From the IMG/VR virus record IMGVR_UViG_3300018719_000034, positions 1-54,048 of that record: 54,048 nt of DNA. One strand, given 5' to 3'. The DNA comes from a virus (Duplodnaviria > Caudoviricetes). The position numbers and the translations under genes are program-made. Shown piece by piece: positions 36,647-45,978 of the stretch; positions within the stretch are counted from its first letter, which is position 1; every line of letters starts with the position of its first letter. The notes beneath the pieces were generated by a model. It did not search any database. It saw only the letters and a list, made by a program, of their open reading frames with translations, and was not told the origin of the DNA.

Positions 36647-37315
36647 CTACTCCGCCGCCTCCAGCCGCTGCAATTCCGTTGCCTTGATCTTCACCTTCGA
36701 TGCCCTGCCCATGATGTCGAGCACCACCTCCACCCTGCCCTTTGAGAGCATGGACACGACTTGTGCCTGAAGGTCTGCGAAGGCTCCGACAGTAAGCCGC
36801 ACGACCTCGCCAGGGTTGTACTGAGGGCCAACGTCCGGCAGGCGGGTGAAGTCGAACTCGCCGGCCAACTCCCGCTCAAGCAACCGCGTGAGCGGGCCTA
36901 CGGGCACCTCGACAGGCACCCCCTCGAAGCGGACCACCTTCTCGACACCGTCGACGCCCCGGAGATTGTAGAGATCCTGTCCGCCCTCATTCACGGGCCG
37001 CCCGTAATTCTTCAGACCAATGAACAAATATCTCGGGAACAAGGGCGACTCCCGGGCTTCCTTCTTGCGGGCGTGCACGACCCAGCGCTTGGTCTGTGGC
37101 AAGTAGGTCTGATACCCGGCACGACGGAGGCCGAGCTGCGCCCTCCTCTCGCACTTGGGATTGCAGACGACGACGAACCAGGTGAAGCCTTCGAAGGACT
37201 CCGGAGGCTCGTGGTTGATGGGCGGCACTTCCCGGAACTGAGATACCAGATCCGGGGCGAGCTGCATAAGCCCTTGGGCTTCGGCAGACAGTTGAAGGCG
37301 GGGGAGATTGGTCAT
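36647..37315 (-). CDS. NusG-like late antiterminator
   Basis: WFVV..NPKCE, PLFPRYLFI (NGN), GEVVRLTVGAFA (KOW); Q-equivalent position. Confidence 0.88.
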   Translation of the reverse strand: MTNLPRLQLSAEAQGLMQLAPDLVSQFREVPPINHEPPESFEGFTWFVVVCNPKCERRAQLGLRRAGYQTYLPQTKRWVVHARKKEARESPLFPRYLFIGLKNYGRPVNEGGQDLYNLRGVDGVEKVVRFEGVPVEVPVGPLTRLLERELAGEFDFTRLPDVGPQYNPGEVVRLTVGAFADLQAQVVSMLSKGRVEVVLDIMGRASKVKIKATELQRLEAAE

Positions 37316-38514
37316 TATTCGGCTGCCTGTAGCTGGGGGATGGAGATCAGGTCTTCGACGGCTTGGATGCGCTCGCCGATGAAACGCATGCAGGGGACGG
37401 CCATGGAGTTGCCGAGGGCCTTGTATCGGGGGCCATCGGGGGGCATGCCCTTGCGCCAGGGGGTCAGGGTGTAATCGTCGGGGAAGCCCTGAAGGCGCTC
37501 GCACTCGCGGGGAGTGAGACGACGGGCAGACGATCGAGCGAGCAGACCGATCGTCTGCCCGTCGGTGTCGAGCGGGCCAGTCATGTCGCCATACTGGCAG
37601 ACGTCAGACTGGCGGGCATCAAATGCATGCGCGATCAGGTTTTCATGGCTGTCCTGCGCCCTGCCGCGCAGAGTGCCGAAGCCTTCTTGCCAGAAGCCCG
37701 CGCCGGTTGTGTGGACGGGCACGAGAGGAGTGCCGCGCCCGGTGCCGTCCTCTGATGCGTCGAAGCCTTCACCGCGTAAGGAATGAGCGACGAGCGTCTC
37801 GGTCTCGTAGTCCTGCCGCCCCATGCCGCCCGCATTCAGGCAATGTGCCACATTGCCTGTCGAGGGGATCAAGTGCCCTGCCTGTCCTTGGTTGCCGTCT
37901 GCGCCACATGTTCCAACGCCGTTTGCAGTGAGGGCGGCAACTGCCTCCCGCGCTTTTCGGCTCGGCGCAGAATGCCCTTGCAGGCTGTGGCGCTCAAAAA
38001 GAACCGCTGCGGCAGGTCGCCAGTCTCCAAGATATCCGACAACGAAGACGCGACGGCGCCGCTGTGGAACTCCAAAGTACTGAGCGTCAAGCACTCGGTA
38101 GGCGAACCCATACCCGAGTTCGACCATGCCCCCGAGAATGGCACCAAAGTCCCGTCCTCCGTTCGATGACAGGACGCCGGGGACGTTCTCCCAAACCAGC
38201 CATCGGGGCCGTGTGCGGTCAGCCAGCCTAAGATACTCGAGCGCCAGGTTACCGCGCCCGTCTGCCAATCCGCCTCTGAGGCCCGCGACCGAGAAGGATT
38301 GGCAGGGAGTTCCGCCGACAAGAAGGTCAATTGCATCGTACTCGTCGCCTTTGATAGTGGTGAAGTCGCCGTGCAGCGGCACATGCGGGTAGTGGTGCTG
38401 AAGGACAGCGCGGGGGAACGCCTCGATCTCGCTGAAGAACGAGGGCTTCCATCCGAGAGGATGCCAAGCGACGGTTGCCGCTTCGATGCCGGAACAGACG
38501 GAACCGTACCTCAT
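37315..38514 (-). CDS. C5 cytosine DNA methyltransferase
   Basis: SVCSGI, GGTPCQSFS, WENVPG, PQRRRRVF, RRLTPRECERLQGFP, YKALGNS. Confidence 0.95.
   Translation of the reverse strand: MRYGSVCSGIEAATVAWHPLGWKPSFFSEIEAFPRAVLQHHYPHVPLHGDFTTIKGDEYDAIDLLVGGTPCQSFSVAGLRGGLADGRGNLALEYLRLADRTRPRWLVWENVPGVLSSNGGRDFGAILGGMVELGYGFAYRVLDAQYFGVPQRRRRVFVVGYLGDWRPAAAVLFERHSLQGHSAPSRKAREAVAALTANGVGTCGADGNQGQAGHLIPSTGNVAHCLNAGGMGRQDYETETLVAHSLRGEGFDASEDGTGRGTPLVPVHTTGAGFWQEGFGTLRGRAQDSHENLIAHAFDARQSDVCQYGDMTGPLDTDGQTIGLLARSSARRLTPRECERLQGFPDDYTLTPWRKGMPPDGPRYKALGNSMAVPCMRFIGERIQAVEDLISIPQLQAAE
37869..38336 (-). CDS. overlapping alternative-frame ORF, candidate methyltransferase beta subunit
   Basis: SSLSDILE..PQRFFLSATACKGILRRAEKRG..LP..L..AL, nested in the C5 MTase gene. 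Confidence 0.6.
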   Translation of the reverse strand: MQLTFLSAELPANPSRSRASEADWQTGAVTWRSSILGWLTAHGPDGWFGRTSPASCHRTEDGTLVPFSGAWSNSGMGSPTECLTLSTLEFHSGAVASSLSDILETGDLPQRFFLSATACKGILRRAEKRGRQLPPSLQTALEHVAQTATKDRQGT

Positions 38515-38825
38515 GCTGCTGCCTTCCGTTCGTTGTGGCGTGAATGGGCGACCTGGCGAAGGGCTCGGCGGATGGTGCTTTCATGAACGCCTAGGCGCTC
38601 GGCAATGAGGCACAGGGCGACGCCGCTCGCCTTCATCCTAACCGCCTCAGCATAGTCGAACCGGCGTCGCTGCCCCGGTTGCCTTCCGCTCGGAATTCCC
38701 TTGACGATCTTCTCCATGGACGTGCGGCCGATGTTGAACTTGTCTTGGATGTCGAAGGGGTCCGTGCCTTTGCGCCATGCATCCCGGATGGCGACCTTCA
38801 TCTCGTCCGTGATCTTGACGCTCAT
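38511..38825 (-). CDS. HTH DNA-binding protein
   Basis: IAERLGVHESTIRRAL. Confidence 0.7.
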   Translation of the reverse strand: MSVKITDEMKVAIRDAWRKGTDPFDIQDKFNIGRTSMEKIVKGIPSGRQPGQRRRFDYAEAVRMKASGVALCLIAERLGVHESTIRRALRQVAHSRHNERKAAA

Positions 38826-39451
38826 GCAGCCACCCGTTCCATGCTGGCGAGAGCCTGTGAGACTGCCGACTTGGATACGCCCATGCGCTCCGCGACTTCG
38901 GTGAGCTTGAAGCCCTGGCGAACCAGAGCGGCCGCTCTGCCATGGTCGAATGACCGAGGGCGGCCCATGGGCGGAGTGGCCTGCCTCTGCAATCCCCTGA
39001 CGTGGTAGAGAATGGCGGCCTCGGTGACATTGTGCTCGGCGGATAGATCAGAGAGGCTAGCGCCAGCGATCCAGTCCGCCTTGATCTTCGCAACAGCGCG
39101 GGCATTGAGCTTATGGGGGATCGATACACCGCGGCTGCGGCCCCGGGACAGTTCCGAAGGCGTGCACCCGAACGCCAGCTTGCACACGCGGAACACATGA
39201 ACTCGGGAGACACCTAGGCGCTCGCAGATCAAGGTGACGGAAAGCCCCTGAGCGAGGAGTTGCGCGACTCTCTGGCGGGATTGGCAGGGACGCCTTCCGG
39301 GCTTCGCCTGTACCGGGATGTCGGCCGTGTAGCGGGAGACCGTGCTTTGGTCGACACCTAGCTCGATGCTGATCTCGAACTGAGGGGCACCTGCCCAACG
39401 GGCCTTGCGGATGGCTTTGATCTTTTCCTGGGGGAGCGGATGGGCGCTCAT
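38822..39451 (-). CDS. multi-HTH protein
   Basis: Four HTH-like repeats (LGVDQSTVSRY, LGVSRVHV, HNVTEAAI, MGVSKSAVSQ). Confidence 0.7.
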   Translation of the reverse strand: MSAHPLPQEKIKAIRKARWAGAPQFEISIELGVDQSTVSRYTADIPVQAKPGRRPCQSRQRVAQLLAQGLSVTLICERLGVSRVHVFRVCKLAFGCTPSELSRGRSRGVSIPHKLNARAVAKIKADWIAGASLSDLSAEHNVTEAAILYHVRGLQRQATPPMGRPRSFDHGRAAALVRQGFKLTEVAERMGVSKSAVSQALASMERVAA

Positions 39452-40179
39452 GCTGCTTGCCCTCTCTTCATGCCTGCGAGGATCTTGGCGAGACCGGCGC
39501 CGATGGTGACGGGCGCCTTGGCCTGCGCTTCCAGACGTTCCAGCACCTGCTCTGGCGTCTCCCGCGGCTTCTTCGGCTCGTCCTTGGCGGCCATCTGCGG
39601 GCGGATGTCCTTCTCCCAGCGCATCACCGCAGCGGCGCGGGCAGCTTTGTCCGGGTCCGGAGCAGGGACAACCTCCGCATCAAGCACGTCAGCAATAGGC
39701 CCAAGTTCGTCTCTGACAGGCGAGATGATCGCGCGGCACTCCTGGGCTAGCTGAGCGGACGAAGGGCACTCAGAGGCCTTCCAGGGGGTTTCGTTGCGAC
39801 CATCGCGGAAACGGGCGCAGGCTTCCTGCACGGCCCAGAGCGGAAAGCTGTCGAGAGCCTTGAGGTAAAACTCAACCTGGAACTTCGCGCCGGCCGGATC
39901 GGCGCCATAGGTCGGGAAGCCTGCCTTGAGGGCTCGGATCGCCTGCCTCATGGGCTCCTCGTCTCCAGGGGACAGCGCCGCCATCAATTCGGCGCGGCGG
40001 GACTGCAACGCCTCAAGCTCAGCTCCGGTAGGTGCCATTTGCTCGGTAATCGAGAATTTGCGGTACGGGCCGGGAATGGCTTCCAGACGGTTCGCGAACT
40101 TGGCAATCGTATTCGACAAGTCGCGGCCCATAGGAGCGGGCATGCGGGGCTGCTGATAGGTCGTCATCTGGCGTGTCAT
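39448..40179 (-). CDS. replication-module protein (helicase-loader position)
   Basis: L..FPLWAVQEAC..F..PS.AQL motif; follows the initiator. Confidence 0.6.
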   Translation of the reverse strand: MTRQMTTYQQPRMPAPMGRDLSNTIAKFANRLEAIPGPYRKFSITEQMAPTGAELEALQSRRAELMAALSPGDEEPMRQAIRALKAGFPTYGADPAGAKFQVEFYLKALDSFPLWAVQEACARFRDGRNETPWKASECPSSAQLAQECRAIISPVRDELGPIADVLDAEVVPAPDPDKAARAAAVMRWEKDIRPQMAAKDEPKKPRETPEQVLERLEAQAKAPVTIGAGLAKILAGMKRGQAA

Positions 40180-40969
40180 GGCGAGGATCCATGTGGTTCA
40201 AGAGGTCGGCAACGAAGGGGTTCTTGGAAATCGGCTGGGGGCGGCTTGTCGGCGGCGGGGCCTGGGATGCAGACCGGGGCCGGTACTCGTTGGTCCAGAG
40301 TTCTTTCTTGAGCCAGCGGTGCAAGGCGGGTGCGTACTTCGGCTCTTCGATGTGAGCGGCGAGGCGCCTGATGCCGTCCACGATCACGTCGAAAGGGATC
40401 TTGTCGCCTTTGAAGACAGCATCCAGGGCGGCCATGCTGTCTTTCTTGTCGTCGCGCTTGGGATAGATCGCCCAGACCTGTTCCCGATAATCGGAAGGCC
40501 AAGGGTTCTTGCGCTCACGAGGAGAGAGTGAAGATACGCTAGTATCTGAACTCTCTTTACTAGGGTTAGGGTTAGGAGCTTTTTTCTGGGCTGCCCGCGA
40601 CGAACCCGCTGGGTTTTGCGATTCGTTATTTTCCAATGACTTAGGGCGCCCACCATGCAAACCATTCTGGCGTGCGACCTCAGCACGTTTGCTTACGATG
40701 TCCCGCTCTTTGCTCAAGCGCTTCTGCATCCAGAAGCCATCCTGAAGGGTCCAGAACTCCATGATGGTCGGCTTGATCCGAAGCCATGTGCGCTTGTCGA
40801 CACGAGCCCAGCGGGCGAGCTTTGCATCATCGTCAGGCAGGCGGCAATCAGACGAGCGCCAGGCGACCATGATCAGGAGAAGATAGGCGCCGGTCTCTTG
40901 GGCGGAGAGATGGCCGGTATCGGCAAGGAAGGCATCAGTGAACAGCGGGAGGCTGGGGAATGCGCTCAT
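40019..40969 (-). CDS. YdaU/DUF1376-family replication initiator
   Basis: LPLFTDAFLADTGHLS..ETGAYLLL...W, LPDDD..LAR, W.QKRL, NG..GGRP. Confidence 0.85.
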   Translation of the reverse strand: MSAFPSLPLFTDAFLADTGHLSAQETGAYLLLIMVAWRSSDCRLPDDDAKLARWARVDKRTWLRIKPTIMEFWTLQDGFWMQKRLSKERDIVSKRAEVARQNGLHGGRPKSLENNESQNPAGSSRAAQKKAPNPNPSKESSDTSVSSLSPRERKNPWPSDYREQVWAIYPKRDDKKDSMAALDAVFKGDKIPFDVIVDGIRRLAAHIEEPKYAPALHRWLKKELWTNEYRPRSASQAPPPTSRPQPISKNPFVADLLNHMDPRHDTPDDDLSAAPHARSYGPRLVEYDCQVREPSGSHSRPVPQILDYRANGTYRS

Positions 40970-41382
40970 TGGAGCACCTCGCCTTCCTTGATGACGCACT
41001 GTGCGTGCTCCCAGGCCTCGCGGGCCAGAGTCTTCTCATAAGCGGCATCGATCTGTTCCGCGCTCCACCCTGCGAGGTTAACCTCAAGAGCGGCGCGAAT
41101 ATTCAGGCACATCAACTGGATCGCCACGATCGGGTCGATGGCAAACCATTCTCCATGCAGGCGGTGATCAACCTGTGTCTCGTGGAAGCAAGACTCGATG
41201 TAGCGGGCGACAGCCTTGTTAGGCATCCGAAAGACCCACACATACGCAACCTTCTCAGGCGAACCTGTTTGAATGGCTCGCAGACGGGCATGGAAATTAT
41301 GGGTGATCCCGATCTTAACCGGTCTGTCCATCAGGCCGTTTCGGATCGTGCCGACGATGTAGACATAGCAGTCATCGCTCAT
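40966..41382 (-). CDS. GIY-YIG-like (T5orf172-type) protein
   Basis: YVYIV, VKIGIT..RL..IQTGSP, GEWF. Confidence 0.8.
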   Translation of the reverse strand: MSDDCYVYIVGTIRNGLMDRPVKIGITHNFHARLRAIQTGSPEKVAYVWVFRMPNKAVARYIESCFHETQVDHRLHGEWFAIDPIVAIQLMCLNIRAALEVNLAGWSAEQIDAAYEKTLAREAWEHAQCVIKEGEVLQ

Positions 41383-41579
41383 GCTGCTTCACCTTTCGTT
41401 TCGGTCTCCATCCGATGCGAGAAGCACCGCCAGCGGCCGGGGATGTTGCGGAGGTAGGAAACGTCGTAGCCGAACGATGCGCGCTCGCCGCAGACCTCAC
41501 AGGCATGCTGACCGATGATGTCGCGCTTGGCTTCAGGCTTCGGAGTCGTGAGGAATTGGAGCTGGAGGGACTTGCTCAT
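41379..41579 (-). CDS. small zinc-binding hypothetical protein
   Basis: HACEVCG..ASFG..WRCFSH. Confidence 0.6.
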   Translation of the reverse strand: MSKSLQLQFLTTPKPEAKRDIIGQHACEVCGERASFGYDVSYLRNIPGRWRCFSHRMETETKGEAA

Positions 41580-42340
41580 AGAAGCGCCTCCTGCACAGGA
41601 GCCGCAGGACGCTGAATAAACATGTCGGGTTCAGCGAGAGCGCGATCGATGCGGCGGCAAGCAAGGTCGAAGTACTTCGGATCAACCTCACAGCCGATGA
41701 ACTTGCGGCCGAGTTTGGCTGCCGCTACGCCCGTCGTGCCCGACCCCATGAAGGAATCCAGAACGGTCTCGCCGGGAGACGTGAACAGCGACACGATTTC
41801 CCGCATAAGGCTGACGGGCTTCTCGGTCGGGTGCTGACCGGTGCGGTCGGCATTGTTGGTCGGGTGCGTGAATACGCCCCTTTTCCCGCCACCGTTCCAC
41901 TTGGCATGACCACGCCCGCACCACGTCGTAGTGATGCACTCATATGCCAGCGCAGGCCCTTGCCCGTTCAGTTTCGGGGTGGCGTCAGGCTTAACCCAGA
42001 TGCAAGTCGTCTTGAACTTCAGGCCGCTGGCAACAAGTGCCTGCCGCCAATGCCACACCCCCTCGACATTGCAGAAGGCGAGGAGCCAGCCCCGATTGAG
42101 GCGTTTAACCTCCTCAATGAACGGCTGCCTAATCTCGTCAATGCCGGCGAACCCAAGGGACTTGCGCTCGTTGCCGCCGTCCGTCCGTCGCAGCTTCACG
42201 GATTCATGCAGGTCGTGCATGAGTTGCTCATAAGGCGGGTCGGTGATGATATGGTCGACCGGGGCAAGCGTCGGCAGGATCTCGCGGCAGTCGCCCAGAT
42301 AGAGGGTCACATCGTCGGAGAGTTGTTCGATACGCGACAT
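41576..42340 (-). CDS. N6-adenine/N4-cytosine DNA methyltransferase (beta class)
   Basis: ITDPPY, HPTEKP, VLDSFMGSGTTG. Confidence 0.92.
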   Translation of the reverse strand: MSRIEQLSDDVTLYLGDCREILPTLAPVDHIITDPPYEQLMHDLHESVKLRRTDGGNERKSLGFAGIDEIRQPFIEEVKRLNRGWLLAFCNVEGVWHWRQALVASGLKFKTTCIWVKPDATPKLNGQGPALAYECITTTWCGRGHAKWNGGGKRGVFTHPTNNADRTGQHPTEKPVSLMREIVSLFTSPGETVLDSFMGSGTTGVAAAKLGRKFIGCEVDPKYFDLACRRIDRALAEPDMFIQRPAAPVQEALL

Positions 42341-42801
42341 CAGCGGACCTCCGTGAACTTCACGCGGAGGCAGCCCCAGGCGTTCAGGGTCTCAACCGCA
42401 TCCTTGAAGGTGTCGACAACGGCATGGGGGATGCCGTTCTTGCGGCAGAAGGTGGCGAAGTCTTCCTGATTGTCGTTCAGGGTCTCTCCTTCCCGCTTGA
42501 GCTCCAGAGCATGGAAGAGGCCCGTGGGGGCGACGAGTTGGAAATCTGGCCAGCCAGCCTTCAGGCCCATTCGCTTGAGCTTGGCGCCCGTCTTGTCGTC
42601 GCGCAGTTCGCCGGCCGGAAAGTGCGTGTAGCGCCAATCCGGATGGCAGAAGTCCTTCAGGAACTTCGCGACATCAAACTGTAGCTTCAGTTCTTTCGGG
42701 CTCGGTATCTGCTCTCGGCTGATCACCTCGCCCGTGAACAGCGGGAGGCGCGGCTTCGGCGCTCTCTTACGCGTGCGCGTGCACGTGCGAGGGGCGGTCA
42801 T
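42340..42801 (-). CDS. VRR-NUC-like nuclease
   Basis: E..LQ, GLKAGWPD, LELK, Q..F. Confidence 0.75.
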   Translation of the reverse strand: MTAPRTCTRTRKRAPKPRLPLFTGEVISREQIPSPKELKLQFDVAKFLKDFCHPDWRYTHFPAGELRDDKTGAKLKRMGLKAGWPDFQLVAPTGLFHALELKREGETLNDNQEDFATFCRKNGIPHAVVDTFKDAVETLNAWGCLRVKFTEVR

Positions 42802-43058
42802 CAGATCATCCCCAGCGCTTGCATGTAAGTTTCGAGGATGGCGTCCTCTTCCTGGCGCTCGGCTACGTCCTGGCGGCGGATAGCGACGATCTTCTTGATG
42901 GCCTTCGTATCGAAGCCACAGCCCTTGGCTTCCGCGTAGATATCCCGCTTGTCGCCGTTCAGGCCCTTGATCTCTTCCTCGACACGCTCGATGCGCTCCA
43001 CGAAGGCACGGAGCTGGTCGGCAGCAACGGACTCGGTGTTGAATGCTTGATCGTCCAT
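42801..43058 (-). CDS. gapR: GapR-family nucleoid-associated protein (DUF2312)
   Basis: [27 protein letters not shown]...LETY..ALG. Confidence 0.9.
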   Translation of the reverse strand: MDDQAFNTESVAADQLRAFVERIERVEEEIKGLNGDKRDIYAEAKGCGFDTKAIKKIVAIRRQDVAERQEEDAILETYMQALGMI

Positions 43059-43360
43059 CAGGCGGCAGCCTTTCCGGTCTTGAGGGTGTTGTGGACGGCG
43101 GACACCGCGCAGCCGAGGGCGGCAGCAATCGCGCGGTAGCTGTAGCCCTGCTCACGGAGGGCCTTGCACGTGTTGAACGCGACCTTCTTCCTGGGCCCGC
43201 GCTTCAGAGGTCCGAAGGGAAGCTGAATGCCCTGCGTGTAGCGGTGGATAGCGCCCCTGCCCTTCACCTTGGTAAGAGAGGACACTTCGCTGATGCTGTG
43301 GCCCTTGGCGCGAAGGGCTTTGATGGTGGCGATCTTCTCGTCAGGAAGGCGGCGGGGCAT
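43058..43360 (-). CDS. HTH protein
   Basis: [16 protein letters not shown]. Confidence 0.65.
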   Translation of the reverse strand: MPRRLPDEKIATIKALRAKGHSISEVSSLTKVKGRGAIHRYTQGIQLPFGPLKRGPRKKVAFNTCKALREQGYSYRAIAAALGCAVSAVHNTLKTGKAAA

Positions 43361-43863
43361 TATGCGGCTCCCCGGATCTTGGTGACGTTCTTGCGAGCGT
43401 CGAGCTTCGCCTGCGCGGCCAGTTCGGCGGCTGCTGCAGCCTCGCGAAGCTCCCTGGCCTCCCTGACGATGCGGGCGAGTTCATCCTCGTCCCAGTCCTG
43501 ATCCGCGATGCCCTCGGCAATCGCCTGGATGGTCTGCCCGCTCTCAGTAGCCAGCGTGGAAAGGTGAGCAACGAGGCAGGCGCTGGCAGACACGGCCGTC
43601 TTCTTGACGATCAGATACCCGGCCATGTCGGCGAGGTGCTTCGTCACGACCGGCTCGCCGATTTCTCGCTCAAGATCCGCAATCACGTCGATGGGCGCAT
43701 GGCAGTCCTCTTCCTTCGGATTGCCATAGCGGTTCAGCGTCTGGTGACGACCACGGGTGACGAGTTCTGCAGCCTCTTGGCCGCCTGCCTTCTTCAGAAG
43801 CTGCCGGAAAGCAGCCTTGAGGGAGAAGCGGTCCTGCTCTGTGGTGGGGCGTGTCGGGTTCAT
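43360..43863 (-). CDS. CII-like phage regulatory protein
   Basis: LLKKAGGQEAA, PIDVIADLE; downstream of cro. Confidence 0.65.
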   Translation of the reverse strand: MNPTRPTTEQDRFSLKAAFRQLLKKAGGQEAAELVTRGRHQTLNRYGNPKEEDCHAPIDVIADLEREIGEPVVTKHLADMAGYLIVKKTAVSASACLVAHLSTLATESGQTIQAIAEGIADQDWDEDELARIVREARELREAAAAAELAAQAKLDARKNVTKIRGAA

Positions 43864-44317
43864 GTGCAAAGGTTCCTACGAGTGCACGGTGACGCTTGCC
43901 CCGCCTGCTGCGATAACCGCAGCCGTAGACAGGGGGCTGGAACGATGAGCGACGGCAAAGGAGCGAAGGGCGCGAGTGACCGAGAAGTGCGCGCTCACAT
44001 TCGCCGCGTGCTGAAGAAGCTGTTGCCGAAGGGTGGAGAGAGAAAAGGCGCGGGCGACCCAAAGCGGTTGACGGTCGCCCGCGCAGTTAGCGTCGGCGGG
44101 GGGCGTTGTGCCGACGCGGGAGAACAGATTAAATCCAGTATACGTGCCCATGAACGTAGCGATGTACTTTGCTGGACCTCTCGAAGGAGCAAGTTTCATC
44201 TACCTAACTCCGAGGGAGTACGCTGGCGCATAATAGTAATACGATACGTAGCAATGATGTGCTTTGATGTTGCTGGGATCAACGAAGCCGCATTGGCGCA
44301 GAAGAGCTGAAAGGCCA

Positions 44318-44590
44318 TCATGCGGCTTCCTTCTTCGAGGGGGCCGCTCGCCGGGATGATGCAGCTCCCTCGCTGCACGAGGGACGAGCATGAGCGTTCA
44401 CAAGCACTTCGTAGCTGACGCCCTTTATTCCCCGCTTTTTGGCGGCCTTTACCAGGGCGGGCCAGTAGTCAACCGGAATGGAGCCCCTAGCCTTCATGAC
44501 GGTGGCGTGGCTCTCCCGCTTCAATCCAAGATCTCTGGCCAACTCAGAGGCCGATGGCCACAAGGCGATAATGTCGTGAACGCTGCTCAT
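44318..44590 (-). CDS. Cro-like repressor
   Basis: IIALW..ASELARDLG...RGSIP..YW; divergent from CI. Confidence 0.8.
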   Translation of the reverse strand: MSSVHDIIALWPSASELARDLGLKRESHATVMKARGSIPVDYWPALVKAAKKRGIKGVSYEVLVNAHARPSCSEGAASSRRAAPSKKEAA

Positions 44591-44597
44591 GCCCTAT

Positions 44598-44614
44598 TGC
44601 TACAGTACGTAGCA
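44598..44614. promoter_or_regulatory. OR operator inside the PR-like promoter
   Basis: TGCTAC-agtac-GTAGCA; minus-strand TTGACT-N17-TAGCAA. Confidence 0.8.
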
Positions 44615-44662
44615 GATGAAGTCAACCCCCATCGTAGCAGCGAGTTTGCTACAGACTGGAGA

Positions 44663-45397
44663 ATGAAAACACGGGGCGAACGTCTGGCCTGGGCCAGAGA
44701 ACAGGCTGGTTATGCGTCCAAGAGTGAGGCTGCGCGCGCACTCGGGGTGAAGATCAGCACATACAACGCACACGAGCGGGCCGGCCAGCCTGGCGCCCGC
44801 GACTTCTCCCCTGAGGATGCGGAGAAGTACGCCAGGGCTTTCCGCGTGGCACACTCTTGGCTTGTCACGGGCAAGGGCGACCCGAAGGCGGGAGGCGACG
44901 AAGTGCCGCCGCAATTAAAACCCGCAGACGTATCCCTAGGAAGGTATGTGGTTGCTGGCAAAGTTGCAGCTGGCTCCTTCCGCGAGGTTGATGAGTATTC
45001 CGACGAGGAGCCGGTTAAGATCGAAGCTCCGGCGGATATGAAGTACCCAGACGCACGACGCATAGCATTCCAGATCGAGGGCGACTCGATGAACAAGGCG
45101 AAACCTCCCATGCTGGAAGGTGGATATGTGCTTTGCGTGGATTTCGATGACCTGGAGAACCGGGTCCCGCTCCGCGATGGTATGAAGGTCGTCGTTGAGC
45201 GCACCAAGTTGGGCGGGCAACTCCGCGAGTGGTCCGTAAAGGAGGTGGAGCTCTACGAGGATCGCGTTGAGTTCCACCCTCGCTCGGACAACCCGCATCA
45301 CAAGCCAATCGTCGTCCCGCGCAACTACGAGCCGGAAGATGGTACCGAGGTAAGGATCCTGGCACTTGTCCGGAGCGTGCACTACCCTGCTGATTAG
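44663..45397 (+). CDS. CI-type repressor (HTH + S24 peptidase)
   Basis: RLAWARE..EAARALGV HTH, VAAG cleavage site, GDSM and SVK catalytic residues; GGAG RBS. Confidence 0.92.
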   Translation: MKTRGERLAWAREQAGYASKSEAARALGVKISTYNAHERAGQPGARDFSPEDAEKYARAFRVAHSWLVTGKGDPKAGGDEVPPQLKPADVSLGRYVVAGKVAAGSFREVDEYSDEEPVKIEAPADMKYPDARRIAFQIEGDSMNKAKPPMLEGGYVLCVDFDDLENRVPLRDGMKVVVERTKLGGQLREWSVKEVELYEDRVEFHPRSDNPHHKPIVVPRNYEPEDGTEVRILALVRSVHYPAD

Positions 45398-45654
45398 TAC
45401 GGCGGCTCAATCCATTCGACCTTCACTCCGGTAACTGTCCCAATCGGGCACTCGCATTTCCCGCACATGAAGGACTGCCTCGCCAGAAGGCCACTCTCAA
45501 TCAGCTCGTCTTCCGTTGTGATGTACGGCGGAAGGGCCTGCAGGTATCGCGAAGAGGGCCTCTGGCAGTTGTAGCAGTTCAGAAAGACTTGGAAGCGCGG
45601 CACCTCGCCCCGATACCCGCTGTCATAGTCTTGCTGAATCATTTGGCTCGACAT
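45394..45654 (-). CDS. small CxxC...CxxC zinc-binding protein
   Basis: CYNC and CGKC; GGAG RBS; LexA box upstream. Confidence 0.7.
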   Translation of the reverse strand: MSSQMIQQDYDSGYRGEVPRFQVFLNCYNCQRPSSRYLQALPPYITTEDELIESGLLARQSFMCGKCECPIGTVTGVKVEWIEPPY

Positions 45655-45697
45655 CCGTTTCTCCCGTTGACGCTGCGTCAGGCTGACTCAGAAATGA

Positions 45698-45712
45698 GAA
45701 CAGAACAAGAAC
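45698..45712. promoter_or_regulatory. LexA (SOS) box
   Basis: GAAC-agaacaa-GAAC. Confidence 0.75.
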
Positions 45713-45818
45713 ATGGTCCTGTGGATAGTGGGGATCACTCTCCATAATTTCCTAACTGCCTGAAGGCTAAGGAAGAAAGCCATCTGCTACGACCTGTGAC
45801 AAATGACTTGACCCGTAC

Positions 45819-45835
45819 TGCTACGTGCTGTAGCA
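45819..45835. promoter_or_regulatory. OL operator inside the PL-like promoter
   Basis: TGCTAC-gtgct-GTAGCA; TTGACC-N17-TAGCAA; second degenerate site at 45785-45801. Confidence 0.8.
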
Positions 45836-45866
45836 ATAGGTTCATCGATTTCACAGGTGAGCCGCA

Positions 45867-45977
45867 ATGCAGACCCTCCCCACCTTCACTCTTGAAGTCC
45901 TCCGCGATGGCTTTGCCATTGTGTTCCTGATCGGCGTTGTCGCGCTCGCTTGTGTGGCTCTCGGTGGGGGCTACTGA
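45867..45977 (+). CDS. small membrane peptide (36 aa)
   Basis: First ORF after PL; one hydrophobic helix. Confidence 0.5.
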   Translation: MQTLPTFTLEVLRDGFAIVFLIGVVALACVALGGGY

Positions 45978-45978
45978 G

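Noticed and set aside
42975-43005. gapR codons ([10 protein letters not shown]) as a self-target of array block 3
   Set aside because: Only a partial dinucleotide match, and it needs an indel; I found no convincing target in the window by eye, and the search was not exhaustive
43870-44315. Gene(s) between cro and the cII-like gene
   Set aside because: Several competing short ORFs on both strands, none with recognisable motifs; left uncalled
44390-44662. N-terminal extension of CI (335 aa)
   Set aside because: Antisense to cro and crosses the operators; RBS and HTH start at 44663
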